Shown piece by piece: positions 48,593 to 58,176 of a stretch of 64,000 nucleotides of DNA. The stretch is from positions 1 to 64,000 of the IMG/VR virus record IMGVR_UViG_3300033463_000004; one strand, 5' to 3'. The notes below the pieces were generated by a model, which did not search any database, was not told the origin of the DNA, and was given only the letters and a program-made list of their open reading frames with translations. Source of the stretch: a virus. Lineage: Duplodnaviria; Caudoviricetes. The first letter of the stretch is position 1, and each line of letters begins with the position of its first letter. The position numbers were made by a program, and so were the translations under genes.

Positions 48593-51500
48593 TTAGGTCG
48601 TTGTGACACGTCTGTTGACATTCACAATGACCGGGATACGGAGATTGATGCCACGGAATACAACGTCGACGTAGCAAACAATAAGTTCGCCACCATCAAG
48701 CGGATTGATGTCACGCTCGAAATGGATATCGAGACCATCAACAAGAGATCCAACCCAGTTGGTGAACATGTTTGTTACTTCATCCTGCATCGTTCTGAGG
48801 AAGGAATCATCGTTGTACTCGAAGAGCTTCTCATCGAGCTTGTTCTGGAGGATGTATACAAGCTGCGTGAGCGTTCTCATGTTGGACTCCTGAATCAGAT
48901 CGGAAGTATCCGAACCTCTCATCAGAGTTCTCTGAGAACGACGCATGATTGCACCATTCACATCCGGAATCCAAGCGTTACCGCCCGAATTGTACATAAG
49001 CTCACGATAATCCCAGTCAGTGGTGTCAATGTCCGGGAAGTAAGATACATACTCAGACCGATCAATCTTACTGTACGTGTTGACGAACGGCTTATTGACC
49101 GTGTAAGTCTGACAATGTCTGAAGAGATTGTCTGCAAGTCTCTTCACATAGGTGTACGGCAGTCCATCCACACTGGCGTACCAACCACCAATATCCCAAG
49201 AAGCATTCGGGTTATCGAAACGCTTGATGAAGGAATTGTTGATTGTCAATGCCATTTCAGCATCAGTAACACCAGAGTCAAGATGCAGCGACATGCCGGA
49301 ACCAGGACCAACTGGACGTTTATCCTCCGGAATACCAGAGTAGACACGGTAATCCATCAGATCATACATAGCCTGCTTAACATCGATTTCGCTGTTCTGT
49401 GCAGACCATCCAGCGGTCAGTTCAGGATTGAAGAGAACCTCATCCTTTTCATCTGCAGTGAAGATAGTTGAAGCAGCAATGAGATCAGCAGCACTGTAAG
49501 ACATCGACGGAAGTGCGGACTGACCAACAACAGTGTTCCAACCACCATCAAAGAGATACTTTGCAGGTACACGAGTCGGTGACATAATTCTCGGATCAAT
49601 CTGACCACGGAATGCCTTAACGAGCAGACGTGAGTATTCCCACTTGTACTCGATATCAGACATTTCAGCAGTACCATATTCATCAAAGAATCCAGTGTAA
49701 CCATCGTGAAGCTTCACATCAGAAGAAGAACTTGTCACGTTGATTCCATACGAAGACGAATAGTAATTCGCCGGAATCGTAACCTTGTTCATCTGAATAC
49801 GATACAGAGAACCAATCGTACCAGTTACAGTGTAACGGTTGATCAGAACTGCAGCACGTGCATCCTGTACCCAAGTGAAGTTTCCGGCAACGAAGTTCAA
49901 TGACAGACCACCAAGAACCCAACCATCTGCAACCTGAGGATCAGGAGCATCGGTCGGAACAGACGTATCAATCATCCATTCGCCGTTAGTATTTTGCTTA
50001 TACCAACGAAGAATCTGGTTCATGCCGGTGATACCTTCGAGCAGTGTGTATGCAGAACCATCACACTTATAGTACTTGATACTGGACGGATCAGTGAAGT
50101 CTCTGAAGACACTCCACTTAGATTCATCAGTTGTCTTGTCATACTTGTCATCCTCTGTCCAAGTATCCTTCGTGCGATAGAACTCACCTTCATGGAGATA
50201 ACCGTCATACACGTTCAATGCAACAAATGCTGCAAGACCACTGTTTTCGATTTCAGTTGCGTAGTAAGTTTTCGAAATCTCAGACTTTGTAATCTCAGAA
50301 AGTGTGATATCACCACCAGCAGATTGCTGAATCGGTGCGAAACGGAACCGGGTGCTTTCGGGAGTCCAACCAAGCGTGCGCTCCGGAGGAACGATTGTAC
50401 CAGTTGGTACATTCGAAATAGTAATAGCAACATATCCCTGTGCACTTGAATCAGTCTGAATACGATATGCTTCAGCCTTATCTTCAGAAACACAGAAAGC
50501 GTCATACTGCGTACCGACAACATCAGATGCAATAAGCGTCGTTGTAGTCGGCGGTGCACCGTACTTACGAATTGTAGTGAGGTTTCTATTCGCAACGGCA
50601 TAGGTGATTTCATGATCATCGGCATCTTTGTATCCAGAATTCACCCATACAGGTTCTGCTGTTGAAGTAGAGGAGATGTCAGCATCCAGATTGAAGCAAG
50701 TTGAACCAGCACGTTTGAATGCTTCACCCTTGGAACCACCCTCATATCTTTCAGAAGCAAGACCCACAACATTTCCAACATTATCCATGGTATCCCATGC
50801 GATGAAGTCGTATCTGTTGTTCTTGTTGTTCGCGATTGTTTCATCGAAATAGAGCATCAGCCACAGTTTGAAGTTAGCCTCACTCTCAAGATCAGAAACA
50901 TAAGTTCCAGCTTTTACCTTATCTGCAGATCCTTCCTTAACAAAGTACAGATCCCAAACGACAGTATCACCAGACGGGACAGCCCATGCAACGGTATCGC
51001 CATCTTTGACAAATCCCTTTGCAATCTTATCACGAACTTCTTTGACAAATGTCATCCGGTCTTTCGTTGCACATACAAATGCAAGCTTGGAGTCAACATC
51101 AGTACCAAGATCATTTCTGTAGAAATGCATCATGTTAGTTCTGACGGTTGTAACAGACTTGGTGTACTGGTTGATTCCAGTAACAATGTATACGAATGGA
51201 TTAGTATCAGAAGTGATACCAGCATACAGATACACATCACCAAGATATGTTGCTTTCGAATCAATGACACCAGATGCATCAGTACCAACCTTCTTAATAC
51301 CAGTTGTGATATTAATCAGGCTCTCAGAAACCTTTGCATCAACATTGATCGGATCTTCATTTGCATCAACCGGCTTACCTTCTGCATCAAGAGTTCCATT
51401 ATAGTATACTCTCTGAGATTCCGGAAGCTCCGGACGATCTGCCGTACGCATATCAACCTGGAAGAACGGAAGCAATGCGTTTGAATCCGTTCCGCCGTAG

Positions 51501-52444
51501 AGATACAGACCAAAGATCGGATCGAATGTATTGACGGTCAATGTCTTGAATACATCGGTTTCATAATCAGTGGTCAAGTTGCTGTTATCATTCAGCATCT
51601 CAGCAAAGTATCCACGATATACATTGTACAGTTCCTGAACAGCTTCCTCATTGAGGAACGGAACCACAACAGAAGAACCTGCTGCGCGTTTACCGACAAC
51701 AATGTTTACCGGATCAATTGCATCTTCACGATGATTGTTGACATTCACCAGAGATGCATGGAATTGCTCAACAGCAAGATTTGTCATCGTATTGATTGTG
51801 GTGAAGAGATAACGAACATTCGCCGGTCTCTTTGCTTGAACCGTTTGATTGATCGTAGTTGTGAAGTTGTTATATGCAGAACCACGACCTGCAGAAACAT
51901 TTACAATGAATGCACGACGGACCCAAGTTTCACCAGTGTCGTCAACATATGCATCGTTCTTTGCATGTTTCTTGATATACTCAGCAAGACGCTGTTTGTT
52001 CTGAAAGTTCACAAGATCCATATCGTTTTCAAGGCTGTAGTTGCCATACCGGACATGGAGTTTCTTGTTCTCTTTATCCCAACGCCACTCGATTGTGATG
52101 CAGGAATATGCATATGTTGCATCAGACGGAGTAATACGGAGCAACTGCACCGGTGCACCCTGATCGATAATGGACAGCGGATATGTAATCGTTTGACCAT
52201 ACTTCTTAATCTCAGAAGTGCCGATATTACCGAGACCATATGCAACATTGAGGATATCCGAACGCATGACCTGGATCACTTTGTTGTCTTCGCCCATGGG
52301 AAGGCCAGAAACAACAAGAGTTCCATACATGGACGGATCTTGTGCAACGACAACCGGGAGATCGCCAGTGTACGAAGAATTGTCCACAATGTGAACGAGC
52401 GTATGAGGAAATGGGTATTTCATGCCATACTTCGTATCAAGCAT
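48593..52444 (-). CDS. Contractile tail sheath protein with large insertion
   Basis: N-terminal PHTLVHIVDNS; C-terminal RSQRT..DLIQESNMRTL....FEYND...CYVDVVFRGI; 1283 aa. Confidence 0.8.
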   Translation of the reverse strand: MLDTKYGMKYPFPHTLVHIVDNSSYTGDLPVVVAQDPSMYGTLVVSGLPMGEDNKVIQVMRSDILNVAYGLGNIGTSEIKKYGQTITYPLSIIDQGAPVQLLRITPSDATYAYSCITIEWRWDKENKKLHVRYGNYSLENDMDLVNFQNKQRLAEYIKKHAKNDAYVDDTGETWVRRAFIVNVSAGRGSAYNNFTTTINQTVQAKRPANVRYLFTTINTMTNLAVEQFHASLVNVNNHREDAIDPVNIVVGKRAAGSSVVVPFLNEEAVQELYNVYRGYFAEMLNDNSNLTTDYETDVFKTLTVNTFDPIFGLYLYGGTDSNALLPFFQVDMRTADRPELPESQRVYYNGTLDAEGKPVDANEDPINVDAKVSESLINITTGIKKVGTDASGVIDSKATYLGDVYLYAGITSDTNPFVYIVTGINQYTKSVTTVRTNMMHFYRNDLGTDVDSKLAFVCATKDRMTFVKEVRDKIAKGFVKDGDTVAWAVPSGDTVVWDLYFVKEGSADKVKAGTYVSDLESEANFKLWLMLYFDETIANNKNNRYDFIAWDTMDNVGNVVGLASERYEGGSKGEAFKRAGSTCFNLDADISSTSTAEPVWVNSGYKDADDHEITYAVANRNLTTIRKYGAPPTTTTLIASDVVGTQYDAFCVSEDKAEAYRIQTDSSAQGYVAITISNVPTGTIVPPERTLGWTPESTRFRFAPIQQSAGGDITLSEITKSEISKTYYATEIENSGLAAFVALNVYDGYLHEGEFYRTKDTWTEDDKYDKTTDESKWSVFRDFTDPSSIKYYKCDGSAYTLLEGITGMNQILRWYKQNTNGEWMIDTSVPTDAPDPQVADGWVLGGLSLNFVAGNFTWVQDARAAVLINRYTVTGTIGSLYRIQMNKVTIPANYYSSSYGINVTSSSSDVKLHDGYTGFFDEYGTAEMSDIEYKWEYSRLLVKAFRGQIDPRIMSPTRVPAKYLFDGGWNTVVGQSALPSMSYSAADLIAASTIFTADEKDEVLFNPELTAGWSAQNSEIDVKQAMYDLMDYRVYSGIPEDKRPVGPGSGMSLHLDSGVTDAEMALTINNSFIKRFDNPNASWDIGGWYASVDGLPYTYVKRLADNLFRHCQTYTVNKPFVNTYSKIDRSEYVSYFPDIDTTDWDYRELMYNSGGNAWIPDVNGAIMRRSQRTLMRGSDTSDLIQESNMRTLTQLVYILQNKLDEKLFEYNDDSFLRTMQDEVTNMFTNWVGSLVDGLDIHFERDINPLDGGELIVCYVDVVFRGINLRIPVIVNVNRRVTTT

Positions 52445-52565
52445 TATATTCTCTCTCCTTTTCTATAGATTTTGGATTGTGTAATTACGAGGAAACAGCA
52501 TGAAGAATCGCGTTTCATGCGGGAATAACCTCACAATTATCATTTTGTGTGAGGTATATAAATAG

Positions 52566-52589
52566 TGGCGGGGGATTATCCCCCGCCAT
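52566..52589 (-). terminator. Intrinsic terminator
   Basis: tggcggggga-tta-tcccccgcca. Confidence 0.8.
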
Positions 52590-52594
52590 ACATT

Positions 52595-53554
52595 TTAAAG
52601 ATTTAATTCATCACGCCGAATTACCGGATATTCATTCATCAATTCATCAATTGCTGTATTTGTGTCATGATTGACCTTTGTAATACGTGCATCCGGATTC
52701 GGATACTCTTCGATGATTTCACCGGATTTTGATTTTGTGACGTATTCTGTATCAGAATCAGTATCACCGACAACGACATATGTCGTTGGTTTATCTGCTT
52801 CGAAAACTGTTGTTGCAGCAACATTACCTGCGTCGACAATACTATTCAAAACATCAGAAGCCTGATCAACATCAATCGTTGGATAATTTGCATTAATAGT
52901 CGTTTCAGTTTGTTGCGGTCCTATGTTGATATCAAACATATTATCCATTATGGAACGACCGATATCATACACATTTGTCTTTCCACCGGTTGAACCTTGT
53001 TGTGGACCAACTGCACCGGTTGCTTGTTGTTGCTTGATCTTCAATTCTGCAATTGCCTTTTTCACATTAATTTGTTTTTCTTGAATTGACATTAATGTTG
53101 AACGTGCCGATGTTAATGCTTGCATTGCTTCAATGTCATCTTCATTCAAACCAAATTTTCCTTTGTCGTTTAAACTTTCCATTGCTTTTCGTTCAAAGAC
53201 CTTAATGATTTTTGCTTGATCTGCAGCCATTGTTTTCAATGCAGCAATATCAGAAGTGAAGATTTTATTTGGTTCAACTTTCTCTTGGAGTGGACCAAGA
53301 TCTGCACTCAATTGAAATGCATTCATAAGATCTGTTGTGCCACCCCAATGTCCGGATGAATATGCGGAAATATATCCATCCATATTCGGATTGAATCTTG
53401 GACGTTCTACGAATCTTGTATAACGATCCAACCATGCATTTGGATCACCAAGATTCTTATCCCATTCGGATACTGGTTGTTGATGATATTCTTCGTTGAC
53501 TTGTTCAAATGAACGTACTTCATTCAGTTGGTTAAATGCATCAAGCATTCCCAT
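52595..53554 (-). CDS. Hypothetical late protein with coiled coil
   Basis: AAAGGAG SD; AACA-N6-TA at 53601-53612. Confidence 0.7.
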   Translation of the reverse strand: MGMLDAFNQLNEVRSFEQVNEEYHQQPVSEWDKNLGDPNAWLDRYTRFVERPRFNPNMDGYISAYSSGHWGGTTDLMNAFQLSADLGPLQEKVEPNKIFTSDIAALKTMAADQAKIIKVFERKAMESLNDKGKFGLNEDDIEAMQALTSARSTLMSIQEKQINVKKAIAELKIKQQQATGAVGPQQGSTGGKTNVYDIGRSIMDNMFDINIGPQQTETTINANYPTIDVDQASDVLNSIVDAGNVAATTVFEADKPTTYVVVGDTDSDTEYVTKSKSGEIIEEYPNPDARITKVNHDTNTAIDELMNEYPVIRRDELNL

Positions 53555-53731
53555 GGAATCATCTCCTTTAAAATAGTATATGAGATATTCTTCATCTCAA
53601 TACAGTAGTGTTTAAAATATAATCATGTTTTACGTGGGGCAATGCCCCACGTAAATGATTCTTCATATGTATATTATTATTTTGACAATAACCGGAGATA
53701 TTGTCTAAATCCTAGAAAGAAGGTGATTGTC

Positions 53732-53923
53732 ATGTCCTTTTGGACAAATGAGCTGAATCGTTTAGGGTTTTCCGCAAACGATTCAGCTCACAAGTCTGTG
53801 TCCAGACTTGTTGTTGATAACAAGCGATATGCATCAAATATCCAACAAATCAACAATCAAATCTGTGATGCAGTAAAAAGCGTTTTGAATAAATCCGAAA
53901 ATAGATTTGTCATAACGCTTTAA
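53732..53923 (+). CDS. Small early protein (63 aa)
   Basis: Early-type promoter at 53665, 5' hairpin, AAGGTG SD, terminator at 53928-53964. Confidence 0.65.
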   Translation: MSFWTNELNRLGFSANDSAHKSVSRLVVDNKRYASNIQQINNQICDAVKSVLNKSENRFVITL

Positions 53924-53998
53924 TCTTATAATGGGGGGAGATACCGGATGATCTCTCCCCATTATATATTCATGAGTATGTTTTTTTTGTAATAAATA

Positions 53999-55504
53999 TC
54001 ATTCAAGTTTCGTTAAACCGTATAAACCATTCAAACATTCTTTTTCAATTGGGAATGCTGCTGTAAGATCTGTGCGAACACAATAGATTTTTGAATACAT
54101 CATTTCTTCCGCTTGTTTGTTTGCTTCATCAGACCATACACCAGTACTCTTAACTGTATCACCATCATAGTCACCACCGAGATTCACAAGACGTGAATTC
54201 GACATTTGAAGTACGTCAATAAATTGTGTTGATACTTTTGCGTGTGACATTTCTGGATCAACAACTGGATATGTTTGATATGTTTCACCATTAAATTGAA
54301 TCGGGATTGTGGTGTTTGTTGATAATACATGCACCTTTGTAAAGAAAGCTCCATACAGATCACCGATTGGATATCGAACGGTGTAAACATGACGATCAGC
54401 TTTCACTGTTGCGTTGTAGCAGCATAGATAAATGACGTCAGTTAATGTCAATGGACGAGAGATAGATTCGTTTGTTTGAATATTTACTGCATTGAATATA
54501 ATCGGTGTTTTATTCTCAGGATCAGCATATAATATACGGAAACGAGAACCCGGATTCAACATGAAGATTTTAATTAAATCATCAATCTCTTTGTCATCAT
54601 AAATATTATCAATATCTGAACGTTTGATTTCATCTGGATTAGAATGGAAAGATGTTATATTATCATATGAAAGAAATTGTTTCATATTGAATTTAACAAA
54701 TGGACGGAACATGGATAAAATTGACATCAATGGATATCCTGTACGGAATATTCCAACTGGTGTATTATCTGTACGATATGATGGTGCAGAAATAACATTA
54801 CGGACTGTACCAATTGTATTCTTTGCCAATAAATTTCTCTGGAAGTATCCATTCTTTGTTCCACATAATTTATGAATGTATGAATAGATTTCAATAACGG
54901 TATCTTGGATTTGATTGTGTGCTTTGTGTACAGTCGTTGTGACATGAGACGTTACGGATTTAAATCCAAGCAGCTTCATATAAATAGTATTCAATTCGGA
55001 TTTAATCTGTCTACCATTTCTCATACCAGTTGGACGCATTGACGGTGGTAATACAAGAACCTTGTCAATGAATAATAAACGTTTTGGTGTCTTTGTAAGA
55101 ATTTTAATATTTTCATCACGTTTTGTTTTTAATGTTTTTACGATATCAATTTGATCCCATATATTATACAGATCAACAATACCACAATATTTTCCATTCT
55201 CATTTTCAACCAGTTGTCCATCAATCAAATCACATTTAATTTCAGCATATGCTAATTTACGAATGATTCCACCGGAACGAAGAATGATTGTTTTTGCAAT
55301 ATGTGGATTGAATACATGAATTGGTAATTTAATATATCCGCAACGATATTTTTGTTCTTCTTCAGTTTGTCCAAAGATTTCTTCTGAGAATAATCCATTT
55401 GGATTGAATTGATTCGTTGAACGATATATTTGAGGTGATGTAACTTCTTGCAGGTTATTCACCTTAATAGCTAAATCCATATCATATAAACCTTGAATTT
55501 GCAT
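53999..55504 (-). CDS. Phage RNA polymerase beta' N-terminal/catalytic subunit (probably virion RNAP)
   Basis: NGLFSEEIFG, GYIKLP, VLPPSMRP, VRYPI, catalytic LGGDYDGD. Confidence 0.9.
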   Translation of the reverse strand: MQIQGLYDMDLAIKVNNLQEVTSPQIYRSTNQFNPNGLFSEEIFGQTEEEQKYRCGYIKLPIHVFNPHIAKTIILRSGGIIRKLAYAEIKCDLIDGQLVENENGKYCGIVDLYNIWDQIDIVKTLKTKRDENIKILTKTPKRLLFIDKVLVLPPSMRPTGMRNGRQIKSELNTIYMKLLGFKSVTSHVTTTVHKAHNQIQDTVIEIYSYIHKLCGTKNGYFQRNLLAKNTIGTVRNVISAPSYRTDNTPVGIFRTGYPLMSILSMFRPFVKFNMKQFLSYDNITSFHSNPDEIKRSDIDNIYDDKEIDDLIKIFMLNPGSRFRILYADPENKTPIIFNAVNIQTNESISRPLTLTDVIYLCCYNATVKADRHVYTVRYPIGDLYGAFFTKVHVLSTNTTIPIQFNGETYQTYPVVDPEMSHAKVSTQFIDVLQMSNSRLVNLGGDYDGDTVKSTGVWSDEANKQAEEMMYSKIYCVRTDLTAAFPIEKECLNGLYGLTKLE

Positions 55505-55551
55505 ACGATTCCCTCCTTATCAGGATAAAGTTACAAAAACGTTTTTAATAT

Positions 55552-55718
55552 AAAAAATAAGTGTGCAGGGGCCGAAGCCCCTGCAAGAGAAAATGAGGAA
55601 GTCTGTCATGTCAAACCGAGAAAACATGACGAAATGGAGAATAATCCAGCGTGGATACAATGGATTGGAAGATTGTCTTTTCGGCAAAAGACAATCTGGT
55701 TCATCATACAATGAACTT
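55552..55718 (-). ncRNA. Structured small RNA candidate C
   Basis: GACA-N6-TA at 55729-55718; four consecutive hairpins; then GGGGC-UUCG-GCCCC terminator and U tract. Confidence 0.65.
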
Positions 55719-55829
55719 ATTTTTTTGTCATTTAAATAGATATATTATTTTTGCGTCATGAAGATGTTGTATAATCTTCAGCTTCTCAGAACAAACAAAT
55801 ACATTTTGGTTATGAAAGGCGGGTTTTTT

Positions 55830-58163
55830 ATGGCTGTCAAAATGAGAGACGACAAGATGGATATCATTACAAATGATATCGAACGAATCCGAAAAAGACC
55901 AACAATGATCGTTGGATTTGTTGGATCAAAAGGTATTCTGCATTTGTGTAAGGAGATTATAAATAATAACACAGATGAATGTTTTAAGAAAGAATCTCCC
56001 GGTAATACAATTCATATTGAGATTACCAGGGATTATATTATATCGGAAGATAACGGTAGAGGATTACCGACAAATTTATTACGCACAATTCACGAGACAT
56101 CTCAAGCTGGTTCAAACATGACACGTGCACATGGTGCTTCTGCGGGTGAAAACGGTATTGGTACAACTGCATTCACGGCATTATCCAGTGAATTAATTGT
56201 AACAACTTTCCGTCCACAAGAAAAGAAAAAGCTGACGATTCATTATAAAGAAGGAAAACTCATCGAAGAAGTATTGGAAGATTATAAAGGAAAAGAACAT
56301 GGTCTTCGAACATTTTTCAAGCCTTCTAAGAAAATCATGGGAGAATCTGAAATTCCTGTTGATGCACTGGTTGAATGGATTCGTGGATTTGAATATACCT
56401 TGGATCCATCTATCAAAGTATTTTATTCAGTGAATGGTGAGCAATTTAAATTAGAGCACAAGAACATTGATCAATATTTTCATGAAGTAATTCCGGATGA
56501 TAAATTCATGTCTGCGCCAGTTCGTATTGAATGTGAAGGAAAATTACAAGAGATTGTTCAAGATATCACCTATGATCGTATGTATAAAATTGATGCTGCG
56601 GTTATGTATGCTTCACCGGATTATCGTGGAGAAGACTTACGTGAATCATGGATGAATATGATTCATACTGCTGAAGGTGGTTCTCATATCAATGGTGTCG
56701 TGAATGGTTTATCGAAATATTTATCCGAACGCGTTCTTGCGAAAAAGAAAGGTTTGGAAGATGATGATTTACGACGTGATATTCTATTGCATTTAAATGT
56801 TGCAGTAAAAGCAGAATGTGATTTCGCTAATATATTTGCTTCACAAGAAAAATCAAAAGTTGATTCTCGTTCTTTGGCATTGGCTATTTCGAATGCGGTA
56901 TATCAGAAATTATGTGACATGAATCAAGCAAAATTGAATGAGCTTGTTGAAATTGTTATTCAGAATAACCGTGTACGAAAAGAAGGAGAAAAAGTTCGTA
57001 ACATTTCAGCAGAATCAAAAAAGAAGCAATGGTCAAAACCTGATTCATATTTACCATGCTCATCTGTAAAAACAGTACAACCGAAAGAGTTGTTTACTGT
57101 TGAGGGTAATTCTGCAGCAGGTGGTATTAATGCTGCACGAAATGCAACATTTCAAGCTGTTCTTATGTTTAGAGGTAAATCTCCAAATGTTTGGGAGATG
57201 ACAATTGATCAAGCTTTGAAGTCAAATGTTTGGTATGATCTTGTAAAAGTTCTTGGTTGTGGGATTGGTTCAACTTTCGATATTAAGAAATTAAACTTTG
57301 ACAAAATCATTATCACAACGGATGCCGATGTTGATGGATATCATATTCGTGTTGAAATTTGTACGTTCTTCTTACGGTTTTTGCCTGAGATTATTACAGC
57401 TGGAAAATTATATATTGCAGAACCGCCATTGTATAAACTTGCGGCAGGTAAACAAATCTCATATGTTGCAACACAAACGGAATACATCAAAGAATGTATT
57501 CGTTCAGTTGGTAATATTCAATTACAATTCCCTGAAGGTGTTGTACATGTTTCATCTGGAAAAACATTTATTGAAGAAGCTTTCACATATCTCACAGATT
57601 TAACAGAAGTATCAGAAGCATTATCTGTTAATCGTTATTTACTTGAACACATTGCACACGGAATGATGTGTGCAGAATCTGTTGATGGTTTTATTGATCA
57701 TATTGCAGACTGGTTACGTTCATTAACAAAGACTTATCCAGAACTTTGGTATGACGAGAAATCTCATCAAATATTTGCAACAATCGATCTTGTGGATCAA
57801 GTCGTTGTTGTTGATCAATCTCTGTATGATAGATTACTTCCGATTATTCAGATTCAACAGAAATATGGAATGCTTGTACAATTTGATTCTCATACATATA
57901 CAATTGGAAGATTCTTTGAAGAAGTACAAAGAAAATATCCTGTCATAAAAGATCGTTATAAAGGCCTTGCAACATCTGACCCGAAGGTTCTTCGTGAAAT
58001 CGTTACCGATCCCCGCACACGTCATATCTTCCGTGTTGATGCTTCCGATATTCATATTATGCAAACATATGATATGTTGGTTGGTAAGGGTAAAGAAGCT
58101 GTGAAAGCGCGTAAAGATATGATTATGAACTTCAAATGGAAGCCATCCGATATCGATACTTAA
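55830..58163 (+). CDS. gyrB: DNA gyrase / type IIA topoisomerase subunit B
   Basis: IRKRPTM, EIINN..DE, EDNGRGLP, GENGIG, VEGNSA, FRGK..NV, TDADVDGYHI, RYKGL. Confidence 0.9.
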   Translation: MAVKMRDDKMDIITNDIERIRKRPTMIVGFVGSKGILHLCKEIINNNTDECFKKESPGNTIHIEITRDYIISEDNGRGLPTNLLRTIHETSQAGSNMTRAHGASAGENGIGTTAFTALSSELIVTTFRPQEKKKLTIHYKEGKLIEEVLEDYKGKEHGLRTFFKPSKKIMGESEIPVDALVEWIRGFEYTLDPSIKVFYSVNGEQFKLEHKNIDQYFHEVIPDDKFMSAPVRIECEGKLQEIVQDITYDRMYKIDAAVMYASPDYRGEDLRESWMNMIHTAEGGSHINGVVNGLSKYLSERVLAKKKGLEDDDLRRDILLHLNVAVKAECDFANIFASQEKSKVDSRSLALAISNAVYQKLCDMNQAKLNELVEIVIQNNRVRKEGEKVRNISAESKKKQWSKPDSYLPCSSVKTVQPKELFTVEGNSAAGGINAARNATFQAVLMFRGKSPNVWEMTIDQALKSNVWYDLVKVLGCGIGSTFDIKKLNFDKIIITTDADVDGYHIRVEICTFFLRFLPEIITAGKLYIAEPPLYKLAAGKQISYVATQTEYIKECIRSVGNIQLQFPEGVVHVSSGKTFIEEAFTYLTDLTEVSEALSVNRYLLEHIAHGMMCAESVDGFIDHIADWLRSLTKTYPELWYDEKSHQIFATIDLVDQVVVVDQSLYDRLLPIIQIQQKYGMLVQFDSHTYTIGRFFEEVQRKYPVIKDRYKGLATSDPKVLREIVTDPRTRHIFRVDASDIHIMQTYDMLVGKGKEAVKARKDMIMNFKWKPSDIDT

Positions 58164-58176
58164 GGAGGAAACACGT

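Noticed and set aside
4243-51484. Long antisense or alternate-frame ORFs (e.g. 4470-5120, 6699-7313, 20480-21196, 27901-28461, 48722-49471)
   Set aside because: They shadow codon-biased or low-complexity real genes and have no SD or recognisable motifs
55608-55739. 43-aa + strand ORF (MSNRENMTKW...)
   Set aside because: Weak SD; the promoter motif, UUCG terminator and U tract all point to a minus-strand RNA
9222-58163. Bacterial chromosome origin suggested by groEL, gyrB, rpoB/C-like and ftsZ-like genes
   Set aside because: These genes are highly divergent or split and are interspersed with terminase, portal, sheath and tube genes
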